64,000 nt of DNA, from positions 10,354,001 through 10,418,000 of the forward strand of contig OZ004610.1 in NCBI GenBank assembly GCA_963924565.1, written 5' to 3'. This document shows, one piece after another, positions 10,462-22,700 of this stretch (positions are counted from its first letter, which is position 1; every line of letters starts with the position of its first letter). The notes beneath the pieces were generated by a model, which ran no database searches, was not told the origin of the DNA, and saw nothing but the letters and a program-made list of their open reading frames with translations. This stretch comes from Ascidiella aspersa (Eukaryota). Made by a program: the position numbers and the translations under genes.

Positions 10462-12496
10462 CAGAGGTTCCCAACGTGGGCGGTACCGCCCCTTGTGGGC
10501 GATGGCGAGTTTCAAGGGGGCGTTTAGGGCCTTCTTCTCATTTGGGGGGCGCTGAACGCACATACGGGGGCGTTATATGAAAGTACTTATGGCAAAATTT
10601 TATAACAAGTTCACATAAAAATAGTAATAAACAGCACTGTAGGTAACTTTTAACCTTAAATGGCAACTTCCGTACTGCGAACTTGTAGTAGTTTCCCGAC
10701 CATTGTTACGTAATAATTGGCTTTCTTATGTGAAGTTGTTGGTTGTTGTTGCGTTTCAACGCTTTATACGCGGCAAAATGTTTGTATATTTTAATCAGGA
10801 GTCGCCAACCTAAGGCCCGCCGCCTCTATGGCAACTATATAGACACGAGTCCATTTCAAAAATTTTTTGACTATTCTAACTTAGTGCGGGCAAAAAATTT
10901 TCTCGATTCGCGCGAATGACCTTTCAACGTTCAGTTTGTTTATGTTTTGATGCTGTCTTTGGACTAGATCAGCGCTTCTATACCGTTGCGCCGTGGAAGG
11001 CTGCGTATTCAAAAATAAAAAAAACGTATTCAGAAATATTAGGCATATATTTTTTAACATTTTATAATGTTTTTTTTTACGGCAATGTGATAAAAACTAG
11101 CAGGAAATTAAAAAAAATGCCGGTATAGCCCCCCAAAAACGCGCTCGCTTCGCTCGCCAGGTGCGCCCGGACTTGAAAATATTAACAAACACTGATTTGC
11201 AGTACTATTGAGGTTATTGCGTGTCCTCAAAGTAGCTTTATTACACTTTTCATTGGTAGTATGGATGAAAAATCCGTGGCCCGCTTGGGTTACAGTTGTT
11301 CTAACATTTTGCGAGGCCCGCAGAGACCTTTCTGAGTTTGATTGGTGCCCGCGACTAGAAAAGGTTGCCAACCCCTGATTTAAAGTCTTGGTGCAAATAG
11401 TTGAATTTTTTCTGGTAATGATATAACCTTGTGAAATAATGTATTTATAAATTACAATAGTGAATGTGTGGAAGTAGTTGATAATGAGTACTCATTTAAT
11501 TGCCTTTTGTACCTCGATGTATCAATCTGCGACTACAAGATAGATACTGCATTCAAACAGAATTGTTCTTTGACTCTGCTTCTAACATACGAGCACTCCA
11601 ATTGGTTCCTTGAGTAACAGACAAGACTTTATTCGATACTGATCTTCATAATAACGAAATCTGCTTCAGTCACAAAAGCACTCGAGTTTGCTGTCTGAGT
11701 AAAAGCCGTAAAAGCCGTAAAAGCCATGTTATATTGATTGAACACGCTATTTATAGACGAAAATCAGTTAACAAAATTTCTGCGAATAAAGAAAGATTTA
11801 CGTCATTAATTCTTATAATACTTAACAAAATATCACGTGACAAAAAGGGTGTAACTCAAGCCTTTTTCACACTTATTTCTGACGCAAAACATACAATTTT
11901 ACGTCAAAACGCGATTGCGAAACAGCTTCTGACTTCAGTTAAATGACAACAGTTTGAAATCACACGACCGGGGAAACTGATTTATGTTCAGACCGCGGTG
12001 TTTGGAAAACATATGCTAAAACGGATGTAAATGCCTTGACGCATAAAAATTGGTGTCAAAAAATTGAATTTTTTGCAAATTCGCTGCAAGGATATCGCAA
12101 ACATTAAGAATGTGGTTGCAAGAAATCTAGGTAACGGAATTTTACCGAAAACTTTCCGTTTATCGTTTGCACATTGGCTGCAAGAAGTAACGCAAACATT
12201 TAAAGGGATTGCAAAGAATTTAGGCCATAGATTTTTACTGAAAATTTTCCGTTACGACACATCGATTAAAACAAAAAATTCTCTGTGTAAACACAATATG
12301 ACGAAGTGGCTGCTATAAATGTATGTTAAACAACCTAAAATATGACTGACAGCTTATCGAAACTTAAGTGCAGAGAATATGATGTTAGACAACGATTAGT
12401 ATTATAACACTTTACTGTAAAGCAAGATGAGGGGGGCGATATGAAATAATATTGAGCCCAAGGGGGCACTAGTGGAAAAAAGGTTGGGCAACACTG
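10462..12496. mobile_element. About 2-kb non-autonomous hAT element
   Basis: TIRs cagaggttcccaac / gttgggcaacactg; perfect 8-bp TSD cactaaac. No transposase ORF in the track. Confidence 0.82.
10796..11377 (+). mobile_element. hAT-type MITE nested in 10462-12496; homologous to 54643-55344
   Basis: Ends caggagtcgccaacct / aggttgccaacccctg. Internal blocks (ccgccgcctct..ggcaa, ctagatcagcg, cgcgctcgcttcgctc, ggcccgca.agacc) are shared with 54643-55344. Confidence 0.8.
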
Positions 12497-12567
12497 CACT
12501 AAACAAACGAAACTCACTCAACCATAGTATTTGTAATGTTCGCTTTGTTATTTGAAACACCAGCCGC

Positions 12568-12683
12568 CAAGGCTGCGGAACGGAACTCGGGACTTAACGA
12601 AATCAAACACTTGTTCTGAATCGGACTCGGGTTTATTTTTTTTTACCGGAGTCGGAGCATTTTTAACCGACTCCGCAGTCTTG
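12568..12683. mobile_element. Short MITE with GGAGTCGG-type internal repeats
   Basis: Inverted ends caaggctgcgga / tccgcagtcttg. Confidence 0.55.
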
Positions 12684-13332
12684 CCAACCAAGATAAAATG
12701 CGGATAACAAAGGTTAAAAATGCTCTTCGAGCGTAAGAAAAATTTCTCCGTGGTAATGTTTTAGTATAAAGGTAGGAAAACCATTGTTGTATTGTTTGGT
12801 CGCGCCAATGGCCTGTTAGTTGAAGTTATTTTAAATTCAAAACTTTTTTGCGATTTAAGATCACGTGAGTTTTAAAAATTAGGTAAGTAAGCTTACCGAG
12901 ATACAATTAAAATGCATGCCCAATTGCTCAACCTGTTAGTTTTTGGAATTATTCGTAGTGAATTTTAAATAGCCTAAAGTGGCACACCGGTTGCGAAGCA
13001 TCTAGATTCTAGGCCAGGGTATAAACGTCACCATATTATATTTTTACTCATTTCCTATAAAAAATACAAGGCTTGATAGCGTAATAACCGTCACAGCTGA
13101 GTGACTCGGATTGCCATCAGCTGTTAAGATGCTATAGAAAACAGCAAAACGAACTAAGGGTGGTAACAGCCCTAAACTGTGAAACAGGGATCACGTTTTG
13201 CACTTAAAAGCCAAATATATGTATGTAGACTTGGCTGGTAAGACCATTTCTCCATATATGTGCAAGTAAACTACTATTCAGAACGATTGTGTCTAGAACT
13301 AAAGCCACTAAAAGATAGGAGGTGATTTTTTC

Positions 13333-13524
13333 GCGCTGGTCTAGAATCCTGCCACAACACCCGTTATTGGGTTAGAGTTTGGGTGGGTCAAGCATTATTA
13401 TTAAATAATAAACATAATATTATTTGACACACCCACACCCAAACACTAACCCATACCCTAACCAAATATTGTGAGTTGATTTAATAATTGTTTAAATTTG
13501 TGGTAGGATTCATCAATCAATGCC
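13333..13524. mobile_element. Palindromic MITE, GCGCTGGTCTAGAATCC family (other copies 44357-44553, 52075-52242, partial 5614-5867)
   Basis: Terminal gcgctggtctagaatcctgccac; internal inverted pair gggtgggtcaag..attat / ttga..caccc..taaccc. Confidence 0.7.
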
Positions 13525-13782
13525 GATTTTTTTGCACTGGGGTTGCAGGTGGAAATCCCCTGCTAAAAAATCAAATGCGCTGTTGTGATATTTTAAACAT
13601 TTTGTGATTACGATTACAAAACTTTTGCAATTCAAAACGCAGATGTAAGGAGCATAAGATAAATTAAAGTATAAATAATTGTATATTAATTTTATTCTAG
13701 CTATAATTTTAGTTTCAAGTATAACCCTTTTTGTTGAAAACTTGCAGAGTTTAGAGATGTCAACAATAATATAAATAATATT

Positions 13783-16700
13783 ATGCTATATGTAGTAAGC
13801 CATTGGTTTGCTGCCTTCCTGGAGGTCGCCCTAGACTATGTGTATTATTATATGGAAGAAGTTATTCATTTCCTTGATTACTACACACCAGGTAAACAGA
13901 ATACATGTCAACATGACAAAAGTTGGCAAAGTTAAAATTTTAGTCCCACACTGTTTTTAGAAATGTAAATAGTTTTTATGTGATTACCAATGAAGCGTGG
14001 AGAGCTCGTAGGGAGCTATAAGAAGGCTGCTGACCCTGTAGACGAGGGCCGACGGCTGCCTAAGTCTCTTACAAGTTCTTAATCCGACTCCAAAGGAGCA
14101 GGCCGCTAGAATACCTGTCCTTAACTTCTTATACTCTAAGCAAAGACAATCCACTCAGTAGATAGTTGCTCTTAGAGTATATTCACAAATCTCAGAAATA
14201 CAGCGATAAACAGAGCGGTGATTCAAGCCGCTATTAGTAAGACGAGTACAGTAGAATGAATTGTCAAATGCGGAAAAGCAATTCGCTAGGCGCGGCGGTC
14301 ACGCGTCAGTGGACAATGGTTACGTGTATAGTGACGTAGAAGTAGGCTAAATGCTACAACCAAAGTTTTTGTGTAATTGGGATAGAGGGTTAAACTTACA
14401 TCATAAAAACAAAATCATGTAGTTAAATTTATTATTGTTCAAACTTAGGTTGGGCCACAACTATTTTACCAAAACATTTGGGGTATTTTAGAAAAACTAG
14501 TGGAAAAATTTGACGTTGTTTGTATATTACCACTAGTCTGTATTCTGTTAGAGGTGAATACCACGAGGTTTGATATGAATTTAGTGCACAACTGAATTTA
14601 AAAACAAAATTTGTTGTGGTTAAGTTAAGGTATTACGTGTAACTGGTTAAGCTTAGTGCATATGTAGGAAACATGAAACCTGAAATGTGCATAGAATTAG
14701 AATGACTGTAGCCGCTGTAAGGTTATTTTCCATCACCATAAATCATACCTTTTGCTTCCTTAATTTTCTTCTTCCAAATAAGCTATGAAATAACACGAAT
14801 TGGAATATATTTAAAAATATATATTTAAAATAATAAATTGACCTGTTTGGTGTACTTTTCTATGTTATCCGGCATTTCTACTTATTTTCTGCTTAAAGTT
14901 TCCCTAGTAATAAAGTACATGTCTTGTTTTTGCAGGATGGAAAGTCTACATTGTTTCACCTTTTGTGCTGCTGTTTTTTATTCTTCCCATGCTTTTGGTT
15001 GTTTATCTTTACCTCAGTGCACTTTTGCTTTTTGTATATCGCCGACGGCATTCTATTTATGATGCTTTTCACAATCACAGTGTGTGGGAGGGTTATCGCC
15101 AAAGTATGGCTACCTTTTGGACTGGACATGGATGGATATGGCATGGTACACAATACACATATTGTATTTTTAATAATCCAAATAAATTGAGTACTTGACA
15201 AAACTTTCTAAAAACCATGTAAAATGTTTATTAGGCTAATTTCACATATTGACCAGTATTAATCTAAAAAAAATTGACATATAATTAGCAACACTTTAAA
15301 AGGTGTTATACCAAGTTCCATTTATTATTTGCTGATTAAATGTACACCACAAACAATCATGATGTATGGTATTCCTAAATAATAATCTAATTTTAGTAGT
15401 TGTTGATCAATGTCATCAGTTTTTGGACTTGTTCAGTGTGGCGTTGCTGACATACAATTTATGTAATTGAATTACAACACATTATGTGTTTATTTCTTGG
15501 TTTATAAAGTAAACCAATTTATTAAAAAAAACTATAGAGGGATCAAAAATTATTTTTAGGCTATGAAGTTGTAGGCATGGAAAACATTCCCAGATCAGGT
15601 CCAGCTCTAATTATCTACTATCATGGTGCTTTTCCAATTGATATGTATTACCTAATTGCGCACATCTATATTGAAAAAGGAAGAACAATTCATAATGTCA
15701 TGGACAAATTTGCTTTTAAAATACCAGGTTGGTTTGATATTTTTATTGACATTCACTCTTTTCAATTTTGTTTTAATTTTGTTTGTTGCCTGTTATCCAT
15801 GATACTTTAATACAGTGTCCAGTATAGTGTAGTTTACAGTGTTCAGTTTTGTCATATGTATCAGGTTTTACATTATCATGCATTATAATAAATGTAACAT
15901 TCTTCTCAGGTCTTTCCAGATTGTTTCGATTTTGGGGATCATTTGAAGGGCCACGAAGTAAAGTGGTTGAGCACCTCAATAATGGTGAAATAGTTTCAAT
16001 AGCCCCAGGTGGTGTCAGAGAAGCACTTTTCAGTGAAAATTATTCCCTGGTATGGGAGAAGCGGCAAGGATTTGCTAAAGCTGCTTTGGAGGCTAAAGTG
16101 GTGTGTATAAATTTTTTTTTTTAATTTATATCTATTTAAAATATCATGCTTACCACTGTACATTAACTTCAGCCAATTCTTCCGATGTTTACTGAAAACT
16201 GCAGACAGGCATTTGACTTTATGAAAACCGGAAAAAGTATGTAATATATTTTACAACTTTTTGAAAAGTTTATGTTTGACACCAACAACATTTTAGATTT
16301 ATTTAAACAACTTTATGAAAAAACACGCTGGCCTATTATGCCGATGTATGGAGGATTTCCAGTAAAATTGAGAACATACATTGGAGAACCCATTCCATAT
16401 GATCCAAAGTTGACACCTCTTGAACTTGTCAACAAGGTTTGCCGGTCATGCTGCATGGTTTCGTTTGTAAGAAAATTGCATAGCTGTACTGTACCTATTT
16501 TGAACGAAATTAAAAATAGTTGAGTGATTTGTTTTTAATTTTTTTGCATGAGTTTATTTCACATAAATTGTTCTATTTTGCAAATAATAAGAATTTAAAA
16601 TTATCAATTTTGGCATTTTTATACACAACATCCTTATACTGCATACCTCACTAAATACTTGCAGCAAACACTAGACTTTTTAAACCTATTTAAAATGGTT

Positions 16701-17385
16701 AATTACAACCAGTGGAAAAAAATGAGTATAATGCTCTCATCTTAGAGCAAACTGGCAATCATGGAACTTGTAAATATGCACCAAACCAAGTCATACGTTA
16801 TAATCTCAGCTTTAAGGCAACGACTGCCTTGTTGGAAAAAAAGAAAACTATACAAATCTTCGCATACTGTTTGACCTACTCAGAGGTTTGTATGTGAACC
16901 TAATTAGAACATGCAATCCTTGCATAGTCATAGGTATGGTTGAAAGTTTGCTGAATAGAACATACATATGACTGTATTATGCATTTAAGTAAAGTCACCA
17001 CAAAACATGCATGGTGGTAATATTATGTGAATACAGTTTTAAAAAGCTTAAGTTGTATTTTTCATTTAACATAAAATACTGCTTGTTATTTATTTTATAC
17101 TCCGCAGCCCTGATCTATCAAGCTTAAGTCAGTACCATATTATATAGTTTTGACCAAAATCCTATTTGAATGGCACTAGAATTTTTAGGGTTGAACTGCA
17201 TTCAGTTTAGAAAATCCACCTTTTTGTTTATAAATGTTTATATCAAAAATTTATTTTTTGTTTAGGTACAACATGCACTCCATGCAATGATTCAAGTTTA
17301 TCAAGAAAAGCCTCCAAGCATTTGGCGAGGTATTTTGCAGCGATTTAAAAGAAAAACTGTGATTGAAAAGTCAAAGGAGGAGTAA
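13783..17385 (+). CDS. TMEM68: Transmembrane protein 68 (acyltransferase family, DIESL)
   Basis: Exons 13783-13891, 14936-15145, 15560-15727, 15910-16100, 16173-16236, 16297-16436, 17266-17385. Motifs WHGYEVVGMENIP.SGPALIIYYHGAFPIDMYY, IAPGGVREALFS, PMYGGFPVKLRTYIGEPIPYD. C-terminal KSKEE is a KxKxx ER-retrieval signal. Confidence 0.93.
13991..14358. mobile_element. Solo LTR in a TMEM68 intron
   Basis: 368 bp bounded by TG...CA (tgaagc / gctaca imperfect inverted ends) with a perfect 5-bp TSD accaa (13986-13990, 14359-14363). More GC/CpG-rich than the host intron. Confidence 0.8.
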
Positions 17386-19206
17386 AAAGGCGATGCTGTC
17401 GACGAGCAACAGCTAATGCATTTAGCAAAAATATTTGTTTGCACTTTTTTAACATAAAATCACACTATTTAAACCCATTTCAAACCTCAGCATAAAACTC
17501 CACTAAAAGGCTAATTTATTTTGGTATCAATCATTTCTAAACCCTTTATAAAAGTCCACAATCCACTATTTATAGATTAAACTTTTTTGTATATTGTGTT
17601 TTTTTTATTATTTGCATATACCACAGTATGGTATCAACAATTTTATGGCGTTTTGGGTTTATTTTATCATGCTTTCTTTCAATCAAGTAATGCACCTTAT
17701 GTCTGTAAAAAACAGATTTATATATATATTTATATGCCTCTGATTTGTCCTACACAATTAAGCGTATTTCAATGACTTGGAGACCAACCAGTAAAAATTA
17801 ATTGTATTTTGACATGAAGCATTTCTTCTTTTCTTTTGTTAAATGTATTTTAAAGTGTTTTAATATATACAACTGAACGACATGCAGCTTAATGCTAAAG
17901 TTGTTTTTTTTGTAAGGTTTTAGCTGTCACGTCATTTTAACAAAATGAGATTTTTCCCAAGTAAATTAGTATATTGTGTATTCTGCGTTTGTTTTATTGC
18001 GTATTTTCTGCCATCTTGGGAGAGTGTTGCAATTAATTCATTGTGGTAAAAGTATATGCAACTTTAATTTATGGTCAATAAAAAAAAATACAAAACAACA
18101 TTATGATGAAATAAATTCAGGTTTACTCAAGAAGATCAACTCAGAGGGGATTGCATGGCCTTTTACGTTTTAAATAATAAATTATTTTTCTACAACGTTA
18201 TATTTAATATGATTAATTTAACTTTAGCGAAATAAAAGCAATTAAACATAATTTCTTTTTGCACAAAATATATTATGGATGTGCAATTGTTGAGTGATTT
18301 TGAATTATAAGAAACGTTATGAGACGCACCAATATTGTTTTACCAACAAAAAACAAAAAAATGTTGTGGGTTAAGGTTTGCCTTTATAAACTATGCTTTC
18401 GAAAGTGAAAAAAGGCAATACTTTTTATTTTCTAGAAATTACAAACTGTATTTATCTTAATTTTTTTTTAAATTAATCACTTTTTAATATCAATCCCTCT
18501 GGTTTCACTGCTGTAGCAATACCAAAAATATATACTGCAAAAAAGCTGATACAAACAAAAGTTTTCGGTTCTTTTTTATGTAAATTTACATGACAGGTAG
18601 TATTTGTTTCTTGCTTTATAGTAACACATAAAATTCATACCCTAGTGGCCCTGTAATTTAATTTGGTTCTGTTATGTGTTGTATCGTAACAACCGACTAG
18701 GTTTACGGTTGTCTGTCTATTTGCTTAGACTAGGGGTATTATATCAATTCGTTTGTTCGTTGGTATGAACATATTTCAGTAGCCCAGTTTAACTGTGTTA
18801 ATAAAAATATTGGTGAAAACAATTGTTTAAATTTTAGTAACTTTCCTTCGTCGAAAGTCTGGCCGTCTGACAGCCTTTAAGCGCAACGCCTAAGTCGGAA
18901 GTCGCCAGGCTAAAAATAATTCATCTATTAAAATATTAACAACTTATGCATTTTTGTTATTTGGCTTTGTATCATGGTAGTCAGTGTACAATTTTGCACT
19001 TTTATAGCTATAATTACATGTATGTAGTTATTTAATATGTTTGGGGTCACTAAAGACGTGGATATAGGAATTACTGTGTAGGCAGAAGTCTTAATTTTTT
19101 TAAATAGGACTTTAGTTGGTTATTTTTAGGGTTTGAATGTTGGTTGCATTATCTGAGGTTTATTTCTGATTGTCCAATATGGCAAAAGTGCACCTGTGCC
19201 AGGTTG

Positions 19207-19460
19207 GAAAGTAAGGCCTGTTTTACATTTTACCCCTCAGCCGGGCGCATTTAGTGTAAAATCAACGTAAAATGCGGTCAGCCGCGAAAAATCGCTTAAA
19301 CGCGCAAAACTTTCGTCGCGCTAACGGTTTTCAGTAAAGTACTACATTTTTAGCTGTGCAAATTTTACAAATAAGGTGATTACAGCCGCATAAATTTGGA
19401 CGAAAATGTTATTACAGCCGCGCAATTTCAAGCTGCAAAATCCAAAGTTTGACCAATCCT
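19207..19460 (+). repeat. Dispersed repeat (second copy 51446-51621)
   Basis: Shared gaaagtaaggcctg...aaaatgc.gtcagc.gcgaaaaatc.ct.aaacg.gcaaaacttt...gcaaattttacaaataa. Confidence 0.75.
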
Positions 19461-19736
19461 GTACCCTTATAAAATAAAACAACACCTCAATTTTTTATAA
19501 AGTGAACAAGGAGGTGCACCTTTGATGCATCCAGTCATCCTGATTTTTGTGGTCATTCTCCCGCAAGATCGGTAGAACAACACTTCTATTTGTCATACCA
19601 AATGTTTATATTTTAGCAGGCATATTTGGTTACCTTAATGCTGGACTAGTGAAGCTCAACATTTTGCTAAGATGCGTGTCCCTCTTTGTTTAATTTATTT
19701 GGGAGGTTAATTAACAATGAAAACATAAACAGCATC

Positions 19737-22700
19737 ATGAACCGGTATGTGCAAATGAAGCCCCTTGGTGATGGGACATATGGTTCTGTCATTTTGGGAA
19801 GAAGCAACGAAACTGGAGAAATGGTGGCCATCAAAAAGTGAGATAATGTACCATCTGAGCAACATGCATGTAGTGCTTAGAAACAACTGTCATTTGATGA
19901 CCTCAAATTACATTCACTGGTTGTTTAATGTTTCTGCCACCGCTGTACTTGCAAATCTTAAAAAAAGATGGATCAAGTTTGTTTTATGTTCATATTGTCT
20001 GTATTGATGTATATTATTGTTGTGGATTAGCGGCGCTGAACTTTCAAAGGTTCAGGGTGATTTTTTTGAACCAGTACAAATGCTTACTAATCACCAACAA
20101 AACCTAACAGCACTCGTGATGAAACTCGATTTTGCGCTTCTGCATATTATTATTGAAACAATGCGACAGGTCTTGCGAACTTTTAGCAGAACAAATTGTT
20201 GTTTGTCAAAGTGAATGTGCCTGGTTCTGCAAAAATAAATTAAGTTATAGTGACAATTTACTCTGCTCAAAATAAAAAAATGGCCCATGCGATGTCTGAT
20301 GCTAGAAAAATGCCCCAAACATACTCCCTATACCCAATTTTCAATATATTTTGCTGACTAAGGTATATACTTTTTTACCGTTTTTTACTATGATCTACCT
20401 AAACTATATAGGCTCTGTAGTTACATTGTCTTTAAAGTACTGCATGCTCAATCGTATAAGTGGAAGTTTAATAAAAAATAGAGAATCCAGGCAAATGAAT
20501 CATCTACACCTTGGGTTGTGTATGGTTGTGCATTGTCACAAAAATCGCATTAAGACTTATGATAGGTGATGCTTTCCTAAATGTTGACAGGGACATTATC
20601 TGGTATGGCAGTAGAGTGTGTAGGAAAAAATAAATGTTTAGGGCTGCTTGAACAAGATATTGGATACTTTCTGATGAACAAAATCACATGTTCTATTTGT
20701 TTCCTGCATTTCAACAAGATAATTAATTATGTTATTTCTGACCAATGAGCATTTCTACTGCTGTGTCTTTAAATACCTTTGTAAATTTTATACTAGAAAA
20801 TTCCTATTATTATTTCAATATGATGTGGTATGTAAATGTTACAAAATTTCAGAAAATTCATCATGTATTTCTAAGTTTGTTTCAGTTTGCATGCTCTTTT
20901 CTAACTGAATCGCATAAAGTACATCGGAAGTCATCACAGCTTCAGAAGGGCAGCATTTTTCGAACACTTATGTGTTTGCATCTTTCATTGAATTGCATTT
21001 ACTTTTTTTTTATTTTTGTTAAATCCATTATTGCACTCACATGTTTGGTAACTTATATTAAATGTATTTGTGTGCAAACAGTTTAGCAGTTGAATATGTA
21101 AATCTGAAACTGAATTGGCCATACATTTTTCCGAGACAGCTTTGGGCTCGGAATATTCCATAGAAATTCTTCTGAAAACAACATGTCAGCAGTGGCCATG
21201 CAGACACAAACCAAATTGCCTGTAGGGCCTATTCCGAACTTTCCACAACTGGCTAAAAGCAAGGGCCTATCACGTTATGAATTTATTAAGCAGCTTGGTG
21301 ATGGTACTTTTGGTGCCGTGCATTTGTATCGCACAAAGGACACAAATGAAATGGTTGCCATCAAATTGTAAGTTGAGAGTTTCAAGTGTGTTTAAATGTT
21401 CCCTTTATGGCATTACAATTTAGGTAAAAAAAATTTTGCTTACAAAATTTAACACACAGCGATAAACTTTGTTGGATGTAATTTGTTAGTAATACTTACA
21501 TAATGTTATTGTAAATATATTTATAAACATTTATTAAAATCCACCTACGGCTAAGTTAACATAAAAAATGCAAAAATTGCGACTTCTTGCCTAAAGGGAA
21601 CAATGTTGGCCTGATTTTTTAAGTTGAAATTGAATTTCAAACAATTTAGTTTTGTTCAACCATTCGTTTATTGTCATAATGTGTGCTGTTATTGGGGTTT
21701 TAAATATTTTACGTTAATTTCTTACATCTAATTTATTTTTTCCTGTATTGTGTTAACTATTGCATCAAAAAAGTAGTTTGCATGTTTACTAATTGTAGTG
21801 TGGTATCTAGTTGGCTTTTAATTAGTGTGTCTATATTTTTTCTTGAGATTCATAGCCTAACCTTAACTCATACTTGATTTGTATTGCTTTGGTTTTAATT
21901 TTTTTGTGTTGCAAATGGTGAGTTTTGATTTATCATTGGCTATTGAAGTTACAATGGGTTAAAGGATAACCCACTATATATGTTTGATGCAGAATGAAGA
22001 AAAAGTTCTATAACTGGGAAGAGTGTGTTAATTTGCGGGAAGTTCGGTCACTAAAGAAACTCAATCACATTAATGTTGTCAAACTTAAGGAAGTTATAAG
22101 AGAAGATAACCAACTTTACTTTGTGTTTGAGTACATGAAGGAGAACCTATACCAATTAATGAAGGGCAGGTATGTTTCTTTAATGTTTTAGTACCATGTA
22201 GAATTAGAACCAAAATGTTCTAAGCAAAACTGATATTAATCGAGTTAAAACAAATTATTTTTAGTAAAAGCCGTTTCCCTTCAATGGACTTCAATGGACG
22301 ATTTTATTTTTGGTTAAACAGGTTTCTCAATGTTCCTTTAGTATTTTTCATTGAAAACTGGCAGATACCGGTTCTCAATATTGTTCTAGTAAACTGTTTA
22401 ATTTCCAGTTTACTAAAATCAAACCAAGAAAGTTTATAAAATTATTTGTCAAATATTCTCATGATTTATTGATCAACAACGTATATAGTAAATAAAACAT
22501 GACTAAGTGAGTTTCCATGGAATTTTGAACAGGTGTATTTTTTGCCTAGGGCTTGTCCTTTGAGGCGTTTGTATGGTTCCAATTTCATTGCGGACGCATA
22601 GTGTTTGTGTATGATAAGCTTTTGTTTCCATTAAGTTTATCAGGGCTATTCATTTCACCAGACAGAGAACAAAAGGCCATAATATGTCAATTGTGCACTT

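Noticed and set aside
10462-12496. Autonomous hAT transposon
   Set aside because: No transposase-length ORF or recognisable catalytic motifs.
17385-19737. TMEM68-MAK operon resolved by SL trans-splicing
   Set aside because: About 2.3 kb apart with poly(A) signals and a CpG-containing promoter-like patch between them; no direct evidence.
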